From NCBI GenBank assembly GCA_016840855.1, contig JAEORO010000069.1, positions 74,952 to 138,951 on the forward strand: DNA of 64,000 nucleotides, written 5' to 3'. The translations under genes and the position numbers were made by a program. This DNA comes from Candidatus Thorarchaeota archaeon. GTDB lineage: Archaea; Asgardarchaeota; Thorarchaeia; Thorarchaeales; Thorarchaeaceae. How positions within the stretch are numbered: position 1 is the stretch's first letter; each line of letters opens with the position of its first letter. Below, piece after piece: positions 22,301-30,474 of this stretch. The notes beneath the pieces are model-generated. The model searched no databases, was not told where the DNA came from, and worked only from the letters and a program-made list of their open reading frames with translations.

Positions 22301-24146
22301 GTGTGCCCATTGAACCATAGTCACTACCTTCATTGCCCGCAGAGAACAAAATCAGCACTCCAGGATAGGACGGTGCCAATACACCAGGTACTGATGCAAG
22401 GTCCCACACCATTGAGTAAATTCTCAACTGAAGGTACATGCCACCAGGACCCCAACCCCAAGAGTTGGAAACCATGTGAGCCCTGTGACTTGGTCCATCA
22501 CCAATGTATTCCCAGTAGCCAGAGGTTTCATTCAGAGTGAAGCCCATGGCCCAAACTTGAGCAGCTAAATCACCACCTGCGGATATTCCTTTAGAGGCAA
22601 TGATCTTAGCACCAGGAGCTACACCGGGTAGATAATAGAGTGTTCCATTACCGTAGATGTCATGACCATAGGTACCAGCTGATGCAATTGCAGAAGCTGT
22701 CCAGTGGCCGTGATCGGTTGATGTTGTGAACAATGAGTTCCATGCCATACCATCATCAGCGATACCGAAGAACAGGCCAGGATCCTCAGTCAAGTAACCA
22801 AGACTGTCTAATGCCCAGCTTAGTGAGCCAAGACCACAATCCATTACGCCATCATCGTCAACATCAGCTGTAAGAACGTTATTTCCTTTATTGAAGACGT
22901 AACCTTCAGCAATATCATCAACGAAGCTCCAATCCATCATTCCTGTGATTAGATCTCTGTCAGCAGTGACATTGAGGTCTATCTCATAGGGTAGATATGG
23001 TGTACCAGCGGGATGTTGTGATCGAATTGCCCAGTTCCACATTCGAGTCCATGCAAGTGTGCCATTCCAGTCAATAATTAGATCATCATCATAAATCATT
23101 GAAGGAGCGAACACTTTTGCATAACCATCAATCTTCTGTTGGTATGCCCAACCGAATGTGTAATTATCAGCTGTAGGAGCAGGAATCTCCCAGTCCTTCC
23201 ACATCTCATGGTAGACAAACTCAGAAACATTGTTTCCACCCCATGCCCACTCATATAGACCGATGAAACCAACAACATCACCTTCTGGGTAACCATCTCC
23301 ATATGGAGGTCGAACGCCCATGAGGTTTCTATGACTACCTTCCATGTTACAAACTGGATCCCAGCCTGAAACATCAAGATAGTATTTACCGCCCATCTCG
23401 TAAGTCAGAAGATATCCAGCTTCGAGCCAAGCAGTTGTGTTTTCTACATAGGTACTGTTTGCGATTACCATCTCAGTCAAACCCATACTTGATGGGTCAT
23501 AGGACATTGGGTATGTACCATTGTTGTACTCAGCATTCCTTAGGTCTTCTTGGCTGAAGTCGACACCAGAGTCGACGACACCTACGATGACGCCATCTCC
23601 AGAATAGCCAGTAGCATATGGTCCAGTAGCGCCGATTAATTCGTTGATATAGAACATATCAGGATTAACCAGGTCTGCCAAATCCGTTGCCGGTTCAGGC
23701 GCTCGGATGTAGTCAGCTTGGATGTATTGAATTCCATCAAAAGATGTCAGCTTTTTCAAAGCAGAAATCGAGCTTACATCAACTGATGCCACCCTCAAGA
23801 GTTTTAGATCAATCTGCCATCGTACCTTTGCAACATCTGCAAGTACGGAAGCATCAAATGAAGGTGTGAGATACAGCAAAAGCTTTGTGTCACCACTTGT
23901 TGTTGTGACTACACTATCATCCAAAACACCTGTTTCGATATAGGATGTTATTATTGGATCAACTTTCTCCACCGGGAAGTTTTCCTGTAGACGTTGTGCC
24001 CACTTTTGGATAAACTCCTTTTGATAATCGGTTGGAGCTGCTACCTGGGAGTCAACATTGGCGAGAGGTGCGAATGGCACAAGTGCCATGCTTATAACGA
24101 ACACACCACAAAGAAGTAGAACCGCAGTTTTTCTCAGGTTATTCAT
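19314..24146 (-). CDS. Large secreted, C-terminally membrane-anchored S8 subtilisin-like serine protease (1610 aa)
   Basis: Signal peptide, triad VVDSG / DHGHWTAS / GTSLSCP, oxyanion SAGNEG, beta-rich C-terminal domains, Pro/Thr linker, TM helix and RKK tail. Confidence 0.9.
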   Translation of the reverse strand: MNNLRKTAVLLLCGVFVISMALVPFAPLANVDSQVAAPTDYQKEFIQKWAQRLQENFPVEKVDPIITSYIETGVLDDSVVTTTSGDTKLLLYLTPSFDASVLADVAKVRWQIDLKLLRVASVDVSSISALKKLTSFDGIQYIQADYIRAPEPATDLADLVNPDMFYINELIGATGPYATGYSGDGVIVGVVDSGVDFSQEDLRNAEYNNGTYPMSYDPSSMGLTEMVIANSTYVENTTAWLEAGYLLTYEMGGKYYLDVSGWDPVCNMEGSHRNLMGVRPPYGDGYPEGDVVGFIGLYEWAWGGNNVSEFVYHEMWKDWEIPAPTADNYTFGWAYQQKIDGYAKVFAPSMIYDDDLIIDWNGTLAWTRMWNWAIRSQHPAGTPYLPYEIDLNVTADRDLITGMMDWSFVDDIAEGYVFNKGNNVLTADVDDDGVMDCGLGSLSWALDSLGYLTEDPGLFFGIADDGMAWNSLFTTSTDHGHWTASAIASAGTYGHDIYGNGTLYYLPGVAPGAKIIASKGISAGGDLAAQVWAMGFTLNETSGYWEYIGDGPSHRAHMVSNSWGWGPGGMYLQLRIYSMVWDLASVPGVLAPSYPGVLILFSAGNEGSDYGSMGTPGGTFSVISVGATMANHYYVNSYYPYQPNYQQAFFSATGPAYTGYVKPDVMAPGFFGYNPEPSENDWLDAGPTFLSWSGTSLSCPLAAGVSALIMEAWADNHGAVMPSPQLTKDILLSTADDMGYDPAVQGHGFINAEAACRAIQEGYTSEFIFESESFASYAEQIAESWAYWVPYWAPFDDIYYEDWFDPVGLESSDIFFGTVTRSEVKTITLNIDDYAGNGANTASFSSAPQPWYYTEGSKLEFSLTGYTYNDTLTNVIRSGYFNLFDNMTGPEQTAFLAARYATIQVAFDASDMGITGRLFDWSDTAGGPELNFWNGTDGDYLVYVQRCDEPNLLTFRVADPVALSNLFSYNPTLILFGASGVTVDVTIQIWAQTPDTDVVITDDGTTGVNATLTVDADAEYGFHQGSITFVAGGFTHEIPYSYTVEMPLDGAAGAEMVLVDGAGPEVTPYDSGTAITHFTPGTDSTQEGGGFTIFHIDIPYNDAINASVLVMRAEWMNQGTVVDMQLRDELGATITGTNDGGRPFDPQPTGDLTNTIIWDPGYLINGTYWFEYNIHVFDGADVPEPIKITFQVYGPTALTQAENDFKWTAKDMTTPTSISEDDVLIGDHIVVTTNWTIPDVAGLPEYSVITGTQLSLLSGLYAHPTGTYADPQGADTWPVPLTSTDIYIWQTVGPISAGDTVVVTLDAQGSADPSFDVYEWNDLNSNGLVELNEVPDNTGAALLSVDNGGGGAAETGTYISPADMYIAIRVFCWAWAYNHQSYMLEVDTRVSIDLPSATDLVTYDTYNILVNKTMDIYLYCWTETDVVWLIDFGKVTFRNFFGPKLTINDAIDLGDDRYNFTFSATDRNEDDSIFYMVWLSSDGGDTYQLLGQNLTETFFVWDSDGWLEGDYYYRVRVYSVDLGIIVDGEPLGTAESPPDSYGPMALYVDSISGPFSAGNVPVTTPPPTTSTPPTTPTTGEVIFDPLLIGLIGGIGVGVVVLLILFLIRKK

Positions 24147-24587
24147 TTTCTATTTTTCTCCTCACGTTTTAAGTGGAGAACAAGTACATCATGAAGGACA
24201 AGCCATCTCCGCATCGATGGTGTCTCCTCTAGACGCATAAAAACCTCCAAAACTGGCCATGCGGTGGTCAGTTCTCTCCTCTAAAGCGTTCTCCACGGGT
24301 ATGTGATTAGTCCTCGTCAGCAATATAGTTACTATTAAGCATTGTGCAAGAATTATACTAACAAGAACGGTTCATTTTCCCCCAATGAGTCTACACCAAT
24401 TTCATGTTACGTAGATAAGAAGAAAGAGAGCCCATATCATCTATTATCTTAAAAAAGAAGTTATGAGGTCCGGAAATAGCCTTTGTGTAGGCATATACAC
24501 TACCTTCTAAAACAATTTTCGAAAGAATCCATTAATCAATTTGTCGTCAGAAATATCAGGCATTGATTTGAAGAAGCGAAATCCGGA

Positions 24588-25703
24588 TTATTGGCGAACA
24601 AGTTTCTTTATTGAATCAACAATCTCATTCACCATGATTATGGCTCCAATCATCTCGACTTTCGGTTCCTCTCCATGGGAGTCACCAACTTCTCTGGCAA
24701 CCCGAGTCATAGAACGACCTAGACTCTCTATCAATGAAACCAATGCTCGTTTGCCACCATCGCTCTGATTACTCGATTCAACTTGCGAGATAAGGTCAAC
24801 AAGATCAGAAATGACACTATCAGAAACTTCAGCAGCAGTTTCAGCTCTCCGTCCTAAATCATCCCATTTCATTTGGGCATCTTTCAATTTACTTGACAAC
24901 TCAACAACGATATTATCATCAGCAAATGCAGGAGAGGTCCTAGTTGCTCCTTCAGCTGCAAGGCGTAAATCAGCTATTTCAGTTTCTAGAGATTCAATAA
25001 GAGCATCCTTCATCTTCAACTTCTCAAGAAGGCTTTCACTAGGAGCCGGAGCTGCAGCAGGGACTGTTTTAAGTTGCTCTTCCATTATTGCGATTGACTT
25101 TTCTCGCTCTCCAACTTCAGCTTTAATTGTTTCAAGTTCTCCTTCAAGTGCAGTGAGTGAATCCTCCTTTTCTGAGAGAAATTCATTGAGCCGTTTATTC
25201 TCTGCTTCCAGTTTTTGGAAGGCATCTTTTGATGTCTTAGCTTCCTCCTTTATATCTCTGAGCTCATCTTGTAGAGAAACAAAATCTGGATCAGGTGGTG
25301 AGATAACATAGTAGCTGATGATTGAGATAATAACAACAAATACAGCTACATATATGAGAGAGCTCCAAATAGAGCCAAAGAAGAGGTTAGTCAGGAGTTG
25401 CAGGAAATTTCTGAATGTAGCCGAAGAACCAAAACCTAATAGCTGACCAAATGTAGCATAAAGTACTGCAATTATTGCAACTCCAAAACTAAGGACTCCT
25501 ATGAGAAGCATAATGTTGCGTTTCAAGGCGTTTTGAGGAAGGTGTCGTTGGTACAAGAACAACAAGACCGACAGCGTTAGTAAAGGAATAACGTAGGGCA
25601 ACGAAGCAACAACGTCATCCATGGGAATACCAAATACAACAAGCACTTCATATCCTATGGATGTGATATAATCAGTCATAGGGAATCCTCCAGTGTGAAA
25701 CAA
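24588..25703 (-). CDS. Membrane-anchored coiled-coil protein, unknown function
   Basis: About 3 N-terminal TM helices followed by ~200 aa of E/K/L-rich heptad pattern. Start may be the second Met (MTDY). Confidence 0.7.
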   Translation of the reverse strand: MFHTGGFPMTDYITSIGYEVLVVFGIPMDDVVASLPYVIPLLTLSVLLFLYQRHLPQNALKRNIMLLIGVLSFGVAIIAVLYATFGQLLGFGSSATFRNFLQLLTNLFFGSIWSSLIYVAVFVVIISIISYYVISPPDPDFVSLQDELRDIKEEAKTSKDAFQKLEAENKRLNEFLSEKEDSLTALEGELETIKAEVGEREKSIAIMEEQLKTVPAAAPAPSESLLEKLKMKDALIESLETEIADLRLAAEGATRTSPAFADDNIVVELSSKLKDAQMKWDDLGRRAETAAEVSDSVISDLVDLISQVESSNQSDGGKRALVSLIESLGRSMTRVAREVGDSHGEEPKVEMIGAIIMVNEIVDSIKKLVRQ

Positions 25704-25807
25704 GAACCTGAATCCTCTTGGAGGATAAAACTATTCTTTGTATTGCTTTCCAACGCATAAAGACATCTCTAGCTACTCAGACTCCTACAGAGAGTCCAAG
25801 TAGCCTA

Positions 25808-26098
25808 TCACTTTCTCCATAGAGCAGCTTTTTCGACTTCGTGGTCGGTTATGGCAATTTCAAGCGCTTTTAGAAATCTTGTAGCCTCATCTATTGAGAG
25901 AAGAAACGAACCCTTGACGTTTCTATCTTCGCCAATCGAGAGCCGTATTTTTCCATCATTCACCCAGCCCTCAGAAGCTTGTTCTGGCATGCTTACCTGA
26001 AGCTCCAACCATGTTCTTCGAGTTTCCTTGGTTTCACGATCTTCGAAGAAATGTTTTAGCTGAAGACGCCGCTCATATGATTGTGGTTTTTCACCCAT
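25808..26098 (-). CDS. Hypothetical protein (96 aa)
   Basis: ATG with upstream GGAGTGA and protein-like composition. Beta-strands followed by a C-terminal helix. Confidence 0.7.
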   Translation of the reverse strand: MGEKPQSYERRLQLKHFFEDRETKETRRTWLELQVSMPEQASEGWVNDGKIRLSIGEDRNVKGSFLLSIDEATRFLKALEIAITDHEVEKAALWRK

Positions 26099-26252
26099 TT
26101 CATTAGTTCACTCCGTTTCAGGATGACATAGTGTCTATCCGTCACTATAATATTAACATGAACAAATTTACGCACGTTTCTCGGAATTTCCGAGCTAGAC
26201 TTGTGAGCTTTAAGAATACTAGAAAGCACTCAAGAAAACCCTTATCTTAGGT

Positions 26253-29204
26253 TTGGAGGTCGTTCGATTGGAAGGACATTCTAAGATGCGAACTATCCGT
26301 AAATCCCTCTATCACCGTTTTGCAGCTCTTCTGCTTCTGAGTCTACTATTTACACCAATCGCCATCTTTGGAACCGGTATGAATGATACTGTAGAATATC
26401 ATACTGCAAACATTAAGCCAGACCTGGCTCAGGCGTTGAGCACGATGGAATCTAGTAGTTACATCTCAGTCATTGTAGAATTTTCGGATACACTATTAGC
26501 TGACCAGATGGCGGAAAGAATACAACTTAGTGGTTTGAAAAGCGTTCACATAAAATACGCATTTCATCTGATTCCAATGATTTCATTATCTATCAGAGTT
26601 GATGAAATTAATGAACTTGCTAAGTTAGCTTTTATTGAAGAGATTCATTTGAACCAGAAAAGACAATTAATTGAGAACTCTGAGCCACCAGAAAATTATG
26701 TCTTGGCTGAGAACGGGAATGGATATGTTCACTTTGATTCGATTCTTTGTGCAGACCAGTTGTGGGCAGAGGGAGTCAACGGTACTGGTGTTACAATTGC
26801 AGTTCTGGATAGTGGTGTCTGGGGAGAACATCCCGATCTTCAAGACCGGTTAATTGGATTCAAGGACCTGATTAAAGGACAGGATGACATGAATCCTGTA
26901 AATGGAATTGATGCCTATGATGACAATGGACATGGGACAGCGTGTGCATGGAATGCAGTAGGTGATGGAACAGCTAGCGGTGGCATCCTTAAGGGAATCG
27001 CACCTGGAGCTGATCTTTTAGCAATTAAAGTTCTTGATTATGCAGGCGCAGGCGAGGATGATGTTATTGCTCAAGGTATTGAGTTTGCTATAGAGCAGAA
27101 TGTGGACGTCATAAGCCTCAGTCTTGGCGGAGAGTGGCTGGAAAGCACTTTCCTTGTTGAGGCATCTGTGGGTGAGATTGAGAATGCAATTTCAGCAGGA
27201 ATCTCAGTAGCTGTAGCTGCTGGAAATTCAGGTCCAGCGGCGCTCACAATAAACTCTCCCGGTGTTGCTGAGAAAGCGGTTACAGTTGGAGCTTCATATG
27301 GTGATAGTGGCGTAGTAGCATTTAGCAGTGTTGGACCAGTATTGAGGACAGTGACAGATCCATTAGGGTACACTGCAAAACCAGATGTTGTAGCACCAGG
27401 ATATCAAATAGTATCAGGAAGAGGGAACAATGTTAACCCAGACGAATATCCAACTTATAATAGCAGTCAGTTTGGGTCAAGCTACACCCGCTGGTCTGGA
27501 ACATCTGCCTCTACTCCATTGGTGGCAGGCATGATTGCACTCCTTATGCAAAAGCATTTGGCCCTTGCGCCTATTGAAGCAAAAGTAGCTCTGATGAGTT
27601 CGGCTACTGATCTTAACGTTGATCCAATGATACAAGGATGGGGATTAGCCAATGTTTCACGAGCATCTCAATTTCTCAATAGCACATCACGAGATATTAC
27701 ATTGATGACTCCGAGAAGCATACCAACACTCCCATGGAGTAAACAAGTGCTTATTGTAGGCGATGATCGTCCGCCTCAAAATGTGACAATTATCTCAACA
27801 CAATCTGTTGGTTTAGTGGACATCACAATCTCTGGGAATGCGAGCCAATTCCTAGATACAAATATAGACCAGATATGGGTATCAACAGGTTACTCATATT
27901 TTGGAATCGAGCTCAAACTACCTGAAAACACTCCACTTTCATCTGCAGGAGTTTACACTGGACAACTCAATCTAAATCAAAGTAGCAGCATCATCGCATC
28001 CATCGACATCAGATATTCAATCACACTTTTCGGTGGCAGATTGATGGTCGATATGGAACATCATTCTAGTGGTGTGGGTGGGGATATTGATGATCCATCT
28101 TATTATGGCTACTTCACAGAATACCTAAGAGAAAGGGGAATGGTTGTATCAGAGTTTGGCGATGCTGAAGATCTCAGACGGAGCTATATCGACTTCAATA
28201 CTATTTCGAGTGCGGATGTTTTCATGATTATGGATACAGAAACTTCATACTATCAAAGTGAGGTGTCAGCACTGCACACATTCGTTGAAAATGGAGGAAC
28301 ACTCCTAGTTTTTTCAGAATTCTATAATCAGGTTACAGGAGAAGCATCCTTTGCATTTGACGACTATAATGCAATTCTTGAGCCATTTGGGATACAATGT
28401 GAGGAACGTACAATTGGGGCAGGTCTCAATAATTCGGGAATTATCTATGGAGCTGATTATGGGGGATTTGTTGAGAACGATCCTCTTATGAATGGTGTAA
28501 ACAACCTCTACGTCCTTCAAGGTAGTACGCTTCATGTCAACCCTGAGGTGTCTAACGCGACAGGCTTGTTCTGGGAAGATGCTGGAAGGACACATGCAAT
28601 TGTTGCTACTGCGGAGTATGGCCGCGGTCGTGTCTTTGTGATTTCAGATGGGTCAACTTTGTACGATGATGTCTTATATGATGCAATAAACGCAGGTGCT
28701 GACAATCTACGACTTCTAAGAAACTTAGCCACTGCAATCATTCCAGAAGCCCCTAGAATCTTTGATGTCGAACTAAATGTCGGAGAGTTTGGTCAAGACG
28801 CAAATGTAACTGCGTATATTTTTGATGAGGATCTCGAAGATGTTACAATAAGTGTGATTGGACCACGAGGAGAGAATCTCACAGGGACAATTCTTGAAGA
28901 GCTAGGCTATAAATTTTCGACCACCTTTATCTTTAATGGAGGAGGTTTCTTCTCAGTCCAAGTTAGAGCTACTGATTCATTGGGGAATGTAAGGTTTTTC
29001 CAGAAAACAATCTTGATACCTGTCGATGCAGCTGATGATCTTGTAATATTGACAGTCATCTATGTGCTTCTTGGGGTTGTAGGAGTTGGTCTTGGGTACG
29101 TACTTCTAACAAGAATTAGGAGTCGACCAAAGCGGCCTCAACGTCCTATTGAACCACAACGGGACGAGGATGAGTGGGAACTCCCACCACCAACTATCGA
29201 ATAG
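26253..29204 (+). CDS. Membrane-anchored S8 subtilase with C-terminal GldG/DUF4350-like domain (Site-1-protease-like architecture)
   Basis: Signal peptide, I9-like prodomain, triad VLDSG / GHGTAC / GTSAST, AAGNSG, then Ig-like and ENGGTLLVFSE domain, TM and basic tail. Exact start uncertain (26253/26268/26286). Confidence 0.88.
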   Translation: MEVVRLEGHSKMRTIRKSLYHRFAALLLLSLLFTPIAIFGTGMNDTVEYHTANIKPDLAQALSTMESSSYISVIVEFSDTLLADQMAERIQLSGLKSVHIKYAFHLIPMISLSIRVDEINELAKLAFIEEIHLNQKRQLIENSEPPENYVLAENGNGYVHFDSILCADQLWAEGVNGTGVTIAVLDSGVWGEHPDLQDRLIGFKDLIKGQDDMNPVNGIDAYDDNGHGTACAWNAVGDGTASGGILKGIAPGADLLAIKVLDYAGAGEDDVIAQGIEFAIEQNVDVISLSLGGEWLESTFLVEASVGEIENAISAGISVAVAAGNSGPAALTINSPGVAEKAVTVGASYGDSGVVAFSSVGPVLRTVTDPLGYTAKPDVVAPGYQIVSGRGNNVNPDEYPTYNSSQFGSSYTRWSGTSASTPLVAGMIALLMQKHLALAPIEAKVALMSSATDLNVDPMIQGWGLANVSRASQFLNSTSRDITLMTPRSIPTLPWSKQVLIVGDDRPPQNVTIISTQSVGLVDITISGNASQFLDTNIDQIWVSTGYSYFGIELKLPENTPLSSAGVYTGQLNLNQSSSIIASIDIRYSITLFGGRLMVDMEHHSSGVGGDIDDPSYYGYFTEYLRERGMVVSEFGDAEDLRRSYIDFNTISSADVFMIMDTETSYYQSEVSALHTFVENGGTLLVFSEFYNQVTGEASFAFDDYNAILEPFGIQCEERTIGAGLNNSGIIYGADYGGFVENDPLMNGVNNLYVLQGSTLHVNPEVSNATGLFWEDAGRTHAIVATAEYGRGRVFVISDGSTLYDDVLYDAINAGADNLRLLRNLATAIIPEAPRIFDVELNVGEFGQDANVTAYIFDEDLEDVTISVIGPRGENLTGTILEELGYKFSTTFIFNGGGFFSVQVRATDSLGNVRFFQKTILIPVDAADDLVILTVIYVLLGVVGVGLGYVLLTRIRSRPKRPQRPIEPQRDEDEWELPPPTIE

Positions 29205-30474
29205 GACCAAAGGTCGATTCTAAATACTCTCGCAATCGTTCGTGTCGAGGTCTGAGAAGAGGCTTTTCATCTAGAATAGCTCCAGACTCTACTCTTTCGA
29301 GTATCTCATAACCTAGACGAGCACCCATGCGTGATGATATCACCTGACCACCAATAAGTCGACCATCGTCAGATGTAATCAATGCCATCTTGGCAAATTC
29401 AGTAGAATCTTCCAGATAGTGGACCCTTGATGTAAGAGCCATTTGGTTTGCAGTTGTCGATGAATGCCCTATAACTGCAATATCTGTATCAAAGATTCTA
29501 TCATACTGGAAACGTCTTAAGATGTCACTATACAATTTGGTACCACCAGCTGCAATGACTCCAGCTTGGCGACCAGCTCGTGCTGCAACACTACCAATTG
29601 GGAGGAGGAGCGGCTTTCCAGTTAGGGAGTCTTTCATCTCCACGCAATCACCGACTGCAAATACATCATTGGCAGAAGTCTTCATGGTTGCATCTACAAC
29701 GATTCCACCAAGCTGCCCAATCGATATACCTAGTTTTTCTGCAATCTCAGTGTTTGGTCGTACACCAGTCATAAAGAGAACTGCATCGCATGTAATTGTA
29801 TCATCACCCAAAACAAGTCCTTCAACACGCTTTTTCCCAATGACAGAGGCAGGTGATTTCCCAAGGTGAATGTTAAGATCATCTGGAAGTCTTGACTGAA
29901 GTTCGACACTCATAGGTTCTTCCAATTGTTTTCTCATTAAACGAGAACGTATGATGAGATGAACGCTCTTGTCAAGTGAATGAAGTCTCTCAGCAGTTTC
30001 AAGACCACTAAAACCAGCTCCTACGACTGCAACAGAATTCATCCCTGATAATTGTTGACCAATTTTACTTGTATCAGCCATCGTCTGTATTGTAAAGACT
30101 CCTGGTAGAGTTTTGCCTTGAATATCAGGTACAGCAGGAGCGCCTCCGGTAGCAATGATGAGACGATCATATTTGAGAGTGCTTGTCCCTTTAGGGCCAT
30201 TAATCTGAATTTGTCTAGACTTAGTATCTCCATCGGTTACATGAGTGCCTGTCATTATGGAAATGCGCTTCTTGGACAGTGCGGCAAAAGACCAATCTTC
30301 AATTCCGAGATCTGAAGTATCAGGAAACTCAATCGCCATAGAAGCTCCAGGTTTCTTATGAGATTCCAATGTTTCTTCTGTGATAATAGTGATTTCAGAC
30401 TTGGCATTGAACATCCGAGCAGCTACCGCTGCTGCGGCACCACCGGGGCCATAACCAATGATTAAGATTTTCAA
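29194..30474 (-). CDS. FAD/NAD(P)-dependent oxidoreductase (NADH oxidase / CoA-disulfide reductase-like fold)
   Basis: IIGYGPGG, LIIATGG, VVGAGFSGLE, TGVRPN and FAVGDC. Confidence 0.85.
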   Translation of the reverse strand: MKILIIGYGPGGAAAAVAARMFNAKSEITIITEETLESHKKPGASMAIEFPDTSDLGIEDWSFAALSKKRISIMTGTHVTDGDTKSRQIQINGPKGTSTLKYDRLIIATGGAPAVPDIQGKTLPGVFTIQTMADTSKIGQQLSGMNSVAVVGAGFSGLETAERLHSLDKSVHLIIRSRLMRKQLEEPMSVELQSRLPDDLNIHLGKSPASVIGKKRVEGLVLGDDTITCDAVLFMTGVRPNTEIAEKLGISIGQLGGIVVDATMKTSANDVFAVGDCVEMKDSLTGKPLLLPIGSVAARAGRQAGVIAAGGTKLYSDILRRFQYDRIFDTDIAVIGHSSTTANQMALTSRVHYLEDSTEFAKMALITSDDGRLIGGQVISSRMGARLGYEILERVESGAILDEKPLLRPRHERLREYLESTFGPIR

